Assembly: GCA_964016885.1 (NCBI GenBank)
Contig: OZ024742.1
Coordinates: 86,490,001-86,554,000, forward strand
DNA: 64,000 bases
Reading direction: 5' to 3'
DNA from: Eledone cirrhosa
Taxonomy: Eukaryota
Part shown: piece by piece, positions 38,877-53,093 of the stretch
Layout: each line of letters starts with the position of its first letter
Position numbering within the stretch: position 1 is the first letter of the stretch
Notes under the pieces: model-generated
The model's database searches: none
The model's input: the letters and a program-made list of their open reading frames with translations, nothing else
What the model was told of the DNA's origin: nothing
Made by a program: the position numbers and the translations under genes

Positions 38877-39395
38877 GATTAGTGCTCTGAAATAGCGATG
38901 AATACTTGAATGTATGCATAGTATATTTGACAATATACAGTATGTTTATTTAAAAACACGTTGAAGACCTTACGTATCATGTTTAACGTATTGGACATGT
39001 CACTTACTTCTTTTCAGCGAAAGAATTCGAAGAACCTAACAGTCTAATTCATGGTGTTGGCAATTATCAGAGCTACGTACTTCCCTCTTCCGCGGAAAAT
39101 TATAGAAGCTGGATTTTTAGAGAATTCCAGTAATAATCAAGAGCTGATTATACAGAGAGATTGCCGGTCCAGCAAAAAATAAGTATTAGGATTGTTGCTC
39201 TGAAATAGCGATGTATACATGAATTGTATGCATAATATATTTGGCAATATACGGTATGTTTAATTAAAAACATTTTGAAGACCTTACGCTATCATTTTTA
39301 AAGTAGTGACTACGTCACTTACTTCTTTCCGGCGAAAGAAGGCAAAGAAGCTAACAGTTTGTTTCATGCTGTTGACAATCATCAGAGCTACGTAC
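38873..39395 (-). mobile_element. Diverged tandem relative (~1.7 units, period ~313) of the 310-bp unit
   Basis: gctctgaaatagcgat at ~38884 and ~39197, plus ttgaagacct and ttgccggtcc. HHR at 39349-39389(-): agct CTGATGA ttgtcaacagcat GAAA caaactg TT agct. Confidence 0.8.
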
Positions 39396-40012
39396 TGTTT
39401 ACTTCGAAGTTAACAATGACTTCTGTCCTTCAGACAGCCCTCCATCGAAGGTGAAGCATTTATTTCGCTTCTTCTAATGGCTATATTTTCTATACGTGAC
39501 TTGCTAGAAATGCATATTCATAGATTTCGAAGGTTAGTGGTGCAGTTGTACCAGAGCATTTTGAACAAATAATCGATCATCTTCATCTAATTAAACAGAT
39601 TATCTTGCATAAGCTAGTGCTTATTATGAGCCAAGCATACTTCTTTTTCATCGAAGCTTAATCTTCTACTCGACCTGTTTGGCAATTGATTTTCTCCACG
39701 CCGTTCAGTTTTGAAACATATGTTAGATGGTCAGTTTTCATGAGTACATTTGCTGAATGGGATATTGAAGAGTCAGGTTACAGACTGGGGGAACAGAAAA
39801 GATGATCCAGTTCCAAACATTTAAATCATCTACAGTCTTGTACACGTTCAAAGTGTGTGCATGTGTGTCTGTGTGTGTCTGTGGACATGTGTGCGAGTGT
39901 ACGTAGAGGGAAGCGAAAGTGCTAGAAAGAGTCAAAGAGAAATATATAGATAAATATATACAAAAATACATATATATATACACACATATATATATATATA
40001 TATAGACATTAT

Positions 40013-40058
<46 letters not shown>

Positions 40059-40118
40059 CGAAGGAAATGTGGTAAGGAACCAGGTGGACCATAACGCACC
40101 AAAGTACTCAATACTTAG

Positions 40119-40244
<126 letters not shown>

Positions 40245-40698
40245 GCTGTGTGTGCGTGTGTGTTCGTGATAATGTACCATTGTTGAGTGTTATTTCAATT
40301 TCATCTATTCCACTGTTTGAAATTGTCATTCCTGTTTTTGATAAACTGATACACAATGAAAATATTAATATTTCTCACAAATATACATAGAATAATAGAG
40401 CCAGACACACTCAGACGCTCTCATGAACTAATATTTGACCAATCTAACAACAAATTGATTACGAAAAAACAGCACACACATAGTCAGACTGCCCTCATTT
40501 TTTTTATTTTCTAATCTCTAAAATTTTGTAATCTTGAAAAAGCACTATCGTATGATACGTACACTTCTTCTTCTACTAAAGCGTGAAACTAATAGACTGT
40601 TTTTATATATCTGTGTTTGTACGTTTTGAAATTTATATATATATATATATATATATTTACACACACACGCACTCACACACACTCGCACACACACACAC

Positions 40699-40798
<100 letters not shown>

Positions 40799-41303
40799 GG
40801 AGAGATATAAAGAGGTAAGTAGACATATATAGACATCTGATGAATAATTTGATAGATACTTAAGAATGAAGATATATCTTTCTGGCCATCGACGTACCGG
40901 AAAGATGCAATAATATGTAAAATTACATGATGAGAAAATGTCTATCGATATTATTGTTTTTCCTCTATGTTTCATATTTTTTTCATTGTAACGCTTATTC
41001 CGTGTTTTATTCTTTATGTCACCTGTTAGTGTTTGACATAATTTATTTTCCTTCCATTAATAATTTATATGATTGTTCCTAAAAATATATCAAATCAATA
41101 AAGCATACAACGTAAATCAAGTGCAATCGTTTCATCCTTTCCACAATTATTAGAATTGAATGATTATCTTATTTTCAAGATTATTGGGAATTGAGAACAT
41201 ATTTGTGTTGAAAGGAAATTAGTTATCCTGTTGATGTATCGATGAGCATCGGAATGTTTGTTAGCGGTTTATGAACACGGTGTCTAAATCTACTTCCCTC
41301 GAT

Positions 41304-41364
<61 letters not shown>

Positions 41365-41496
41365 GATACATCTACCAAGAGTTTACGGTAGTGTCCAATC
41401 CGTATGAAGAACTCAATGTATTCCGGATATCATGGAAAGAAGAGATGTAATGAAAAATCACTTTCGGTGAAAGATAAACGGAATACAGAGTCAAGA

Positions 41497-41638
41497 TAAA
41501 ATATTAAACAAATAATGAATAAAACAATGAAACAGTTCCTTATATTAAACAAAAAAAGTTAAACAAAAAAAGAACTTTTTTTGTTTAATATAAGGAACTG
41601 TTTCATTGTTTTATTCATTATTTGTTTAATATTTTATA
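41497..41638. repeat. Near-perfect 60+ bp inverted repeat
   Basis: aaaatattaaacaaataatgaataaaacaatgaaacagttccttatatt...aagtt is mirrored at 41573-41638. Confidence 0.85.
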
Positions 41639-42088
41639 TATATATATATATATATTAATATGTATGCCCTAATTTATGCTCGATTGAATAAATATTACAT
41701 AATTTATGCTCGATTGAATAAATAGTACCATTAAGGCAATAATGTATGTTAATATATTGAAATGTGTACTTGAATATAAGCATAGAAATATGCTTTGGAA
41801 AATTTAAATCGTAAAGGAAACTGCACACATCAAGTAAAAATGTTCACGTATAGGAGATGCAAACTTACGTTCAAAATTACTTACACGGGAAATATAGAAT
41901 TTACTATATATGTGATAGTTTAAGTTTCGATAAATAACAATCATGCCATACCCTATTCACTTCAAACCATCATTCTGATTGAAATGTATTTAATCTTTAA
42001 ATTCATAATGACAATTACTACGTTTGTCAATTGTTAGTATTAATATTTCTTTTTTTAATACATATTTTTACCGCATAGCTCAAAATAA

Positions 42089-42187
42089 ATAATTGTTTCT
42101 ACTTTTGGCACAAGGCCAGACATTACTCAGTACATTACTAGTACTTTATTTTATCGACCCGGTACTGAGGAAAGGTAAAGTTAACTT
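42089..42187 (-). mobile_element. SINE fragment
   Basis: aattgtttctacttttggcacaaggcc...ttttatcgaccc. Confidence 0.75.
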
Positions 42188-43574
42188 CACTCTCTTTCTA
42201 ATTTGACTCAAAATTATTATGTGTAATTTCCTGAATTTTACATTTATCATTCCAAGCAGGATTTACGAAAATATGTGCACACCAAAATGTTTAAATACAA
42301 TATTCAATATTTTTATTGAAATAACCAAATAACCCAGTTAATTTCAAACAATATATATTCTGGTAAACAATATTTGATTTCTTCAAAATATTATAAAATT
42401 CTTTATAGATCGACAAATTTATTCTGATTTTAAGCAATAATAATTTCATAGTTTTCTCCATAGATTTATTTCGATTTCAAATAGTTTATACCGAAAAATG
42501 AATTCAAACACTAATTTCTGTCATTGACTAAACTATTTTCATTATATCGCTGAACAAAATATTTTCCTTTGTTTATGATATAAATGTATCAGTTAATCTG
42601 CAGATAACCAATGTGAAAGAACATTTAAGTGAGTGTTCTGATTGCATATAATAAAATAAATTAGAGTTAAATTATCAAATAAATTAAAGAGAAATTTGGA
42701 AATATTAATTATCACACATATCTCTGATATTGGCTAAATGAACGGACAAGCAAGTGGTTGAATAAACAGCATTACCTGAAATTATTTCTGTTTATCATGG
42801 ATGAAACGTAACGTTGACCTATTTGGTAGTCGCAGATGCCATATCAATTCTACCAATACTAATTATTCATACATATATATATATATATATGATACGATAT
42901 ATGTATCCTATGGGAACACACACTGGCGTGTAGTATTCTAGGAGCAATTCTCATCTTGTTCTCAACGGACAAAATTGAGAAAGCGTTATCCTTGATTATC
43001 GGAAAAGACTGCGTTGAAATAGACAGTCCAAGTTGATGTGCTTAATCCGGTCGGTGATTAACTGCACACCGCTAGCATTAAGTGAGGGGCATTAAAGTTA
43101 CGCAACATGAATTCGTAGTGGTATATGTATTTTTGTTGTGAAATTCACTTAATTATTCTCAATTTTACAATGTTTTTGAATATATTAAATACATTTCTGT
43201 ATATGCACCAAATCTTTATTTCTTCGTTATTGGCTATAGAATTAAAAGAAATATTTATTCAGTATAGTTCTCTCATAACTTATAATATGTTGAAAAATCT
43301 TTGGATCAGTGGATAACTATCACATTTTTGTGAAACATCATTATTGATATCAGTCATAGATTCTAGGAAAAGATTAGAATAATATGTTATAGCTATACAA
43401 TAATAGTAAACGGTGTAAATATCGTTCCAATTATCTATGGGTGACTATCCACAAGTTAGCAACAAAATTACATAGATATCTGTCATCTTTGGAAATGATA
43501 ATTGTCTATCTGAATAATAGAAACACACATTTTGAATTTTGTATCGACATGCTACGGTATAATAACAATAAAAG

Positions 43575-43717
43575 TCTCTTTATATGCATAGGAATTATAA
43601 ATTCTTAGCTTAATTACAACGCAATTTATCAAATATATAATTCTCATCTTCAGAAAATAAATACTAAATGATTAATGACATTACAAAGCAATCATATGTT
43701 ACACACACATAGAAACC

Positions 43718-43776
<59 letters not shown>

Positions 43777-44141
43777 CCAAAAGTTAAACAAGATTGCCAA
43801 GACTGTAATTGAACCATCAGCACAGTTGATGTATGTCAGACATCAATTTATTTTATCTGATGAGCACGTACTGAGGAAAGAGCACAGCACCTCTGAAATA
43901 TATATAACATTTATTTGATCACATGAATGTCTATATATATATTAATTCAAAATATGAATAAATATAGACATTCATGTGATCAAATATATTTTACTATATA
44001 TATTTCAGAGATACTGTGCTGTTTCCTTCAGTACGTCCTCATCAGATACAACAAATTGATGTCTGACATACCTCAACTGTGCTGATGGTTCAATTCCAGT
44101 CTTGACAATCTTACAATCTTATTTAACTTTTGGTTATATAA

Positions 44142-44212
<71 letters not shown>

Positions 44213-44338
44213 GGTTTGTATGTGTGTGTAACACATATTTGCTTTGTAATGTCGTTAATCATTTAGTATTTATTTTCTGAAGATGGGAATAATATATTTG
44301 ATAAATTGCGTTGTAATTAAGCTAACAATTTATAATTC
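43575..44338. mobile_element. ~760-bp palindrome with two convergent hammerheads
   Basis: Arms 43575-43935 and 43960-44338, each containing a (TA)n run. HHRs at 43851-43912(+) and 43989-44051(-): CTGATGA gga cgtactg...cagtat ctct GAAA tatata TA. Confidence 0.8.
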
Positions 44339-44344
44339 CGATGC

Positions 44345-44446
<102 letters not shown>

Positions 44447-45364
44447 ATGTGTATGTGTTTGGGTGTGTGTGTGTGTTAATCTGTTAAATTTAGTAATATG
44501 CCCTATGCCTTTGGGAACAAATGCATAATATGTTACATTGAATAAGCTCACTAAATAAATATTTCTATATCGAATAAAATTCAGGCTTCAGAACATGTTT
44601 CAATAATAGCTTTACATGTTTTAGTAGCAGATACAAATATATGTTTCTTTATATCTTAATTGCAGAAAACAGTATTAATTGATTTACTTTTCCCATTGTT
44701 GTCTTTGCCTTTGCCGGAAGCAAAATATATTTAGCGGGATACATTTAAACCTTTGATTGACAGAAAAATTTACGTGGGTAATACAATAGACTAAATATAA
44801 AACTAACTCAATAAATAAAAATTAATATAATTATATATAAAGAAAAGGTTTTTAAAAAAAAGAAAAAAAAAGTTATATATCCGTTGAAGATGTAAGACAG
44901 GAAAGAATGTCTTTGAATGGGGGAAAATGAGAGATGTTTGATTGAATAAGCATGAATAGAAAAATAGCCAAGAGATATAATTTTACATTGCACTAGCAGA
45001 TATTAATGTTACATGGAACAGTACATTGATTCATTGACTTTTTATACATTTATTCCTGTTCTTTCTCACTTGAGATAGCCCTTGTTTCTATTTCTATTGT
45101 TCTTTCTCTCTCACAATACATGAAACACTAATATGAATGAAACAATAGGCAACACAATTCCTGTTTCCAAAGTACTAGATATATTTTGTATACCGAATGG
45201 TTTATAATTATATATTTTTTTTTAAATGACGGTTTGCAGACATGCTGTTCAATGTGTGATGTGGGATAGGCTCTTTGATTCAAGATAAATATTTTCTAAT
45301 TATATAACAGTCTATTTTTTTATATTCAAAATGGATATAATCCTAACTCTATACTCAAGTATAA

Positions 45365-46950
45365 ACTCGTCGAGAATGTAGCTAAGAAAGCTGTCACAGG
45401 TTGAGCCTTGATCAATTTAGATCAAGCAAAAGCTTTCGATAGTCTCGGCCATCAATACATGACAGTTGTCGTTACGGAAGCCTGATTTGGGCCCGTTTTC
45501 CGAGGGTGAATTAATGTCATGCACCGCGACATGTACATCTTCTGTGGTGATACTGAAAGGTTAAATTTTGGAATCTTTCAACATCGTGCGCTCTGCTCGT
45601 CAAAGTAGTCCCCTATCGGATCTGTTGTATGTATTGGCTCTAGAAGCATTACTGCACAAACAAAAGACTTCGAGGGGCATCCTGCGTGTAAGCCTGTGCT
45701 GATGACGTAACCGTAGAGGTGTCGAACGCCAAATACATTTAACTACTCTAAGAAAATATGATATAGTGACCGAAGCAAAGATTAACCACCTGGAAAGGGA
45801 GGTCTGTGTCGCCCAACATCATCGTTGGGCGCTGGACGAACAGACGGGTTAAATGGTTATGGGACTGGGCTGGTCCAGCCGCATGATGGAGAAAAACTGG
45901 AACTAGGTTATGAGGAAGGTGGCCTCTATCAGCCTGAAATGTGCCGACAGAAAGGAATCCTTAAAACGTACTGTGGGGGCGGCGAACGTGTACATCGCGT
46001 CCGTTACCTGCTACCGCCAGACAAACATGCCTTGTCATAAGTCTCGTCTGACAGCACTGGTGCCTTTCCTCTTTTGCTTTTTGTGCAAAGGGCGCACTCC
46101 CAGGTTTAGGAGCACCATCTTCACTGAACGCTCTCTACCTGGAGGATACGCAGACAGGCGCTGAAACTACGACATATTTAGATTGTACTTGAAGATGCAC
46201 AGGTGTGGCGGACTTTCGCTAGATAGATTAGTGGGGAGCAAGAGCGACGACATCGTTGGGAAAACCCTGGGGGTCGAGGACAGCGAACAAGCTATTATCG
46301 TCTGGTGGAAATTTGGCCCAGCACTGATTGATACTTCCCAGATATACCTGGGCTGGCTATACTACCCAGAAGCGTTGCCAGTTTGAGATACAATTTACAT
46401 GCATGCAAGTGCTGTCAGTCGGTCCTGTTCAAGATGCCCGTGGGTCGACGAGACCAAACTGCATACACTCGTCCATTGTCGGAGCATCGCTGACATCTGA
46501 GTTTATGTTGAACATCTTATGAGTTCATGTTGAACATCTCCATTATGGAGATTGTTGCTCGACCCTAATTTAACAAGGAATGGCAGTAAGGTTTTCTCAG
46601 AATGGTGCCCATAGTGAGAATCGTTGTTTAGTGGGTCTGTCTGGGAGGATTAGTACATTCCTCTTCGGCGTTGCTCTCATTAACTTTTTCCCGTTTCACC
46701 AGAAAAGAAAAATCGGGGCGGAGAGGAGCGATTTGCTTTCCAGCCATTTTGTTGAAATGTGTGCAAGAGAAGCAAAAATGACCCGTAAGAATGAGCTTAG
46801 CTTGAGCGTATATCTGTAGCATTGAAGGAGGACAACTTGGAGAGGACGCTTGCCCTAGACGTCAGGGTGATTGTGGCATTGACAGGATTTCTCCACCAAT
46901 AAAACATGTAATCTCTAACCACCGGTGAATTTGTCACGTTTTCATTTTTG
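45365..46950 (+). pseudogene. Heavily decayed L1/Tx1 ORF2 copy related to 24099-26753
   Basis: ALINLDQAKAFDSLGHQY, ACADDVTV, SDDIVGKTLGVED and WLYYPEALPV align by eye with the intact copy. Confidence 0.8.
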
Positions 46951-47099
46951 GTTTTAGATTTTATTTCACTTAATCAGTCTTATACGTTGTATTATATGAA
47001 ACAAAAACATACACACTGTTTCCTTGTGTACCGTCTTCAATGTCGAAATAATGTGAACCCTGTGTGTCTAATGAAGAAAGCATTGTTATTATCAACATT

Positions 47100-47461
<362 letters not shown>

Positions 47462-47599
47462 TAAGCTATGTAGCCTACATAGAGCACTCTTTTTTCCTGT
47501 ACCTTTCCGATGGAAATACTTCATATATATATGAGAAAGTGAGGTATTTTTACAAAATGAAAAAAAAACGGTGTCCTACGCGAGTGAATGTATAATGAA

Positions 47600-47872
47600 A
47601 ATGAGATGAAATCGAAAATGCAACTGGAGTCTTTTTTTAATATATTTATTTGGTTATATATTTACCGGTTTCGCAGTTACTCTGCTTTTCAAATGTAGAA
47701 TTGACATGGAGGGTTTGTGGTTTTTCTCACATCAGATGTGAGATAAACCACAAACCCTCCATGTCAATTCTACTTTTGAAAAGCAGAAGAACTGCTAAAC
47801 CGGTAAAAGAACCAAATAAATATTTATTTAAAAAAAAAAGTCTCCAGTTGCATTTTCGATTTCATCATTTTA
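47600..47872. mobile_element. Palindromic mini-element of the 23.9 kb pLTR family with U3-A8 HHRs
   Basis: Centre ctcacatcagatgtgag. HHR 47660-47696(-): TTGAAAA gcag agtaa ctgc GAAA ccgg TA. The mirror at 47773-47808(+) has TAAA in place of GAAA. Confidence 0.75.
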
Positions 47873-48542
47873 TCCTTATATATACATATTTATATACATA
47901 TGTATATATATATACATATGTCATCACCTCTATATCTCTCACCCTCCCTATCTCTCTGTGTGGTGGATAAGTGGGCTCCCACGTGCTGGCCTCCCCACAG
48001 CCCCGGCGAACATAATGGAGAAAGCGTTTCCCCGGAGGATGGTAAGGGAGATGCCCTGGAAAAGCGATTCCATCTCGCGAGGCTCACACATGCGGCTGGC
48101 AAGCTCAGCGCCTATGGTGGTAAGTAGGAAGGTAGCGCAACGTCCGGTAATTAGCAGTAACTAGGAAGGTTGCGCAATGTCCAGTAATTAAATGAAATAT
48201 TGACATGAGTCGTTTATCTTCAGAGAACATTACTTCCGTATAACACATTACATATATATTTTTTTCACTAGAGCGTCGGACAAGCAATTGTAACAATATA
48301 TTTGCTTTACGACGCAAATAAGTTAAATTCACTTGCAAATATTTCCTCATGAATATGTCATACATTTTGTTTTGTTTCTCAATTCTGTAGAGTCCAGAGA
48401 GAAAGCGAAAGAGAAAGAAAGAAGAGCGAAAGAAGATGAGAAGAAAGAAAGGGAGAGAAAGAGAGAAAAGAGGAACGGTGAGAGAGTGATGGGTAAGGGC
48501 AGAAAGAAGGAGAGAGAGATATAGAGATAGATAGATAGAGAA

Positions 48543-48630
<88 letters not shown>

Positions 48631-49611
48631 TGTGTGTGTGTGACACCTGCTCTCGATAAATTGGGAATGGGAACGTAAACAAATCTTTCTTTTCTCACAT
48701 TTAAATCACCCTTTTCTTCTCTGCCTAATGTTACATCTCTTACTGTCTTTTTCCCTTTCTCATTAAAGTGGATAATATGCAAGTGTTTGTGTGTGTACAT
48801 GTGTGTATGAGTGCGCGCGTGTGTGTAGGTTAGTGGCATATATATGTGTGTTTGTGTTTGTCTGCGTTATTAAGTTAGAGACATGTATGTGTGCATCAAC
48901 GTTCATCTTCTCAACTCTCTAAAATCAGCGTAATCAGATGATATATTATTTGAATTAACACAAACATATTTTTTTATCAGTCTTTTACAGATTTTTGGAA
49001 AAAAGTAAACGAAGGAATTTATCTGAGGATTTCAGAAAATATTCTGCAATCCAAAACTTTTCTGTATATGTCTAAAAGTGAGGAGCCAAGGAGATCTGAA
49101 GTCCCCAAATTGTCTGCATTTGTCTCAAACTGATAACTGGATACATTCTGAAATACTAACATTTTCTACATATGTCTAAAACTGTTAACCCAATACATTC
49201 TGAAATCCAAATATATAACTCAAATATATAATTCTACCTTTCAAATTCTACTTTCAGCTCTTGGGGCTGTCATGAATGTGTTTGATTTGAGATACAGCAC
49301 AACTTATAAATACATTGACCTTGCTAGGATATCTACAGGAGCTTCAGAACTGTGTGCAAGTATATCACATGGATGGAAAGGAAACAGAGGCACAAAAAAC
49401 GTGTAACAATGTCCAAGGTGAATTGCAGTTCTACATAGTCATGGGGTTACAAAAAATGCTTCACCAAAATCACATGTACTTCAGTATATTTAAATATTCA
49501 CTGGAGGACTTGAACAAGATCAGGGATCGTAAAATCACGATTACGGCAAGAAAATGCTGAGTTTCAGTAATGAACGCAGGTTCAATACACCTGTCACTAA
49601 TGAAGTTGAAA

Positions 49612-49994
49612 TAATAAGTGTTTCTACTAATGGCACAAGACCAGACATTACCCAGAGCATTACTGGCAGTTTATTTTGTCGACCCCGTAAGGATGAAGGG
49701 AAAATTTAACCTCGGCGGGATTTGAACTCAGAATGGCAAGGGCCGTAACTCTATGTGTCAACGCATGGCGTCCGACACTGTACCGATACTGCCAATCCAC
49801 CGCAATAATAATTGTTTCTACGTTAGGCACAAAGCCAGCAATTACCCAGTGCATTACTGGTACTTTATTTTATCGACCCCGTAAGGATGAAAGACAAAGT
49901 CAACCTCGGCGGGATTTGAACTCAGATCGTAAAGGGACGTAACTATGCTGGAAAGCATGGCGTCCGACCCTCTATCGATACTGCCAATCCACCG
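49612..49994 (-). mobile_element. Two tandem SINE copies (49612-49803, 49804-49994)
   Basis: Each has the core and ends ...gatactgccaatccaccg. Confidence 0.9.
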
Positions 49995-50199
49995 CAATAA
50001 TAATGGTTGATGAAGAGCACGAACGATGTGACATTGTTTTTCAAAAACGAAGTGGACATTCAGAGCGAATTTGTGAAATTCACAAGGCCTATGACTCAAT
50101 TCAATATCCAATCATCTTATCATCTTCTGCAATGTTAACGGTGGATATCAATTTCAGCTACGGTAGATGAACCCGGGAATAGAACAAGAAAATAGCTGA

Positions 50200-50810
50200 T
50201 CAATCAACTGCAACAAATTATATCCTTGTCAAATCAACCAATTTATGCAATTCAAAGAAATAACCCTTCACTTCATGTTGGATATCTATACCAATATTGA
50301 AACAGAAAGATTATGTTTCTTGCGAAGAAATGAACATAGGTTGACGGCAGTGGTTTACATACACCTTACAAATGCCATCAATTCTGATGTTGACCCACGA
50401 TATTTTGACCACCCATTCATACAGACCATGTACGCAAGTCGGAATGAGTTATATCAGAAAATGTGGTTGGCCAGCTCTCTCAATGACATTTAAATGCGAC
50501 CCAAAGTAGACAGAAATATATATTAAATTCTTTCAAAATCAGACATCGAAGTATCGACAGGAACTCATTGCTTGTGTTTTCCATGAGACGCAAAAGAGGA
50601 AGAAAAAAAACGTTCTGGCTTCAAAAAAATGAAAAATTGTCGGTGAGATTAGTGCATGAATGACGAGTGTTAAATGACAGAACTTCCTCACTCTCATACA
50701 CTAAGCTGGTGTAAGTAGAAGATACGACCAGATTATGTTGATAAGATCATTTTAGCGGAGTGTCTTGATGAACATTTGACTGATCCAACTTTTTCAGAGG
50801 TTCTGATTCA
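50200..50810 (+). pseudogene. Helitron Rep fragment
   Basis: DIYTNIETERLCFLRRNEHRL..VYIHLTNAI and VDKIILAECLDE..DP resemble the Helitron_like_N and downstream 'ISAEIPD' motifs. Confidence 0.65.
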
Positions 50811-51147
50811 GAAAAGTGAAGGAAGATGAATACAAAAGATACATTCCCTTCTCTTTGACAACTATTCTTCTAATTCATCTATGGCTATAGTATTGTATAT
50901 GCTGACTGTAAAATGGATTAATATTTGATACAACACAACCGGACAAATGTAATATTATTTTTTATCTAGAGGAATTTAGTTTAATAGTCGGCTACAATAC
51001 CATCTTAAAATACTGTAATAATACATCCTTTTGTAATATGTGATGAAATATATTGTTACTTTCATAATACTGGGTATATCTGCTAGTACTAGTAGTACTA
51101 GATATAAAGCATAAGTCTCGAGTCATTCCATAATAAACCCCGGTAGA

Positions 51148-51185
<38 letters not shown>

Positions 51186-51191
<6 letters not shown>

Positions 51192-51908
51192 ATACTTTGG
51201 GAGGGTCATGTTGCCAATAAGAAACACACGCACCAGTTGCTTCACTTCAATTTAATTTAATATATATTTATAAATTTACAAATTTATAAATTTCTGGTTG
51301 GTTGGTTGGTTCCACAACCAGATAGTTGTTTATATATATATAGTCATAGTTCTTTCGTCAAAATGAAAACACACACACACATAGAACAAACAACTTACAA
51401 TTGAAAACACACACAAAATGAAAACACACACAAGACAAAATGAAAACACACACACACATAGAACAAACAACCAACCAACAATAAATAAATAAATAAACAA
51501 ACAAATATAAATAGAAAAATAGAAAAATGAACACAAACACACACAGACACCCGGATGTGGCGCATGCGCAAACTGAGCACGCAACCCACACACAAACAAA
51601 ATGGCGTATGATAGAAGAAAGGAAAGGCACAGAAACGAAGAAAGAAATCCCCAGTCACTGAAGAGGTCACAGAGTGTGTGACGAAAGAACTATGACTATA
51701 TATATATAAACAACTATCTGGTTGTGGAATCAACCAACCAACCAGAAATTTATAAATTTGTAAATTTATAAATATATATTAAATTAAATTGAAGTGAAAG
51801 CAACTGGTGCGTGTGTTTCTTATTGGCAACATGACCCTCCCAAAGTATAACAATATCGGTTTCAACACACGATTTCAGATAAAGAATCTTGCTAAACAAA
51901 TTCAGAAA

Positions 51909-51912
<4 letters not shown>
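51186..51912 (+). mobile_element. Non-autonomous derivative of the 26.8-28.9 kb PLE (inverted pLTR + pLTR)
   Basis: Arm 51186-51360 is the reverse complement of ~51679-51853; ~60-nt tail shared with 28873-28935; (TA)n on both sides. Confidence 0.9.
51653..51697 (+). ncRNA. Type I hammerhead ribozyme
   Basis: agtca CTGAAGA g gtcaca gagtg tgtgac GAAA gaac TA tgact. Confidence 0.8.
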
Positions 51913-51955
<43 letters not shown>

Positions 51956-52070
51956 AACAGTGAAAGCAACGTAATTAAACAAAAGACGGTTAATTCATAG
52001 TAAAACTCATTATTTTAAGATCGTTTCAGGTGGGTAGTTCCCCGTGTGTCCATTATATTATTGTTCTATG

Positions 52071-52133
<63 letters not shown>

Positions 52134-52162
52134 AAAGAATAGAGGTGTAACACACAAGTTAT

Positions 52163-52675
<513 letters not shown>

Positions 52676-52939
52676 GACGCGCTTTTACTACTCGCACTAC
52701 CATTGCTTTAGTTATAGTACACACCACCAAAGAGAGTAAGCGATACACTAAAATGTGGACTCTTCTATATATGTGCATGTAAATCATGTTATTATACACT
52801 TCTGTAGTATAACGATACCCGTGTGGCGGAAACCGGCACGATAAATGTTTTATTATAAATGCATTATTTGCTGTTATTCTATGAGAAATCCCCTAGCATT
52901 TTCTACGGTTTTTCGTTTATACTATATATATATATATAT

Positions 52940-53046
52940 ATAAACGGAAAAAATGAATGAAATTTCATTTCTCACTCTTAGTACGGCTGTTACTTATATA
53001 TAAGTATGTATACATATATACATATATGTATACATACGTACAGTAG

Positions 53047-53093
<47 letters not shown>

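Noticed and set aside
41400-41510. Possible HHR (ATGAAGA actc...gagtc AAGA); similar weak hits at ~5255-5292 and ~16712-16755
   Set aside because: Core residues and stem I are too degraded.
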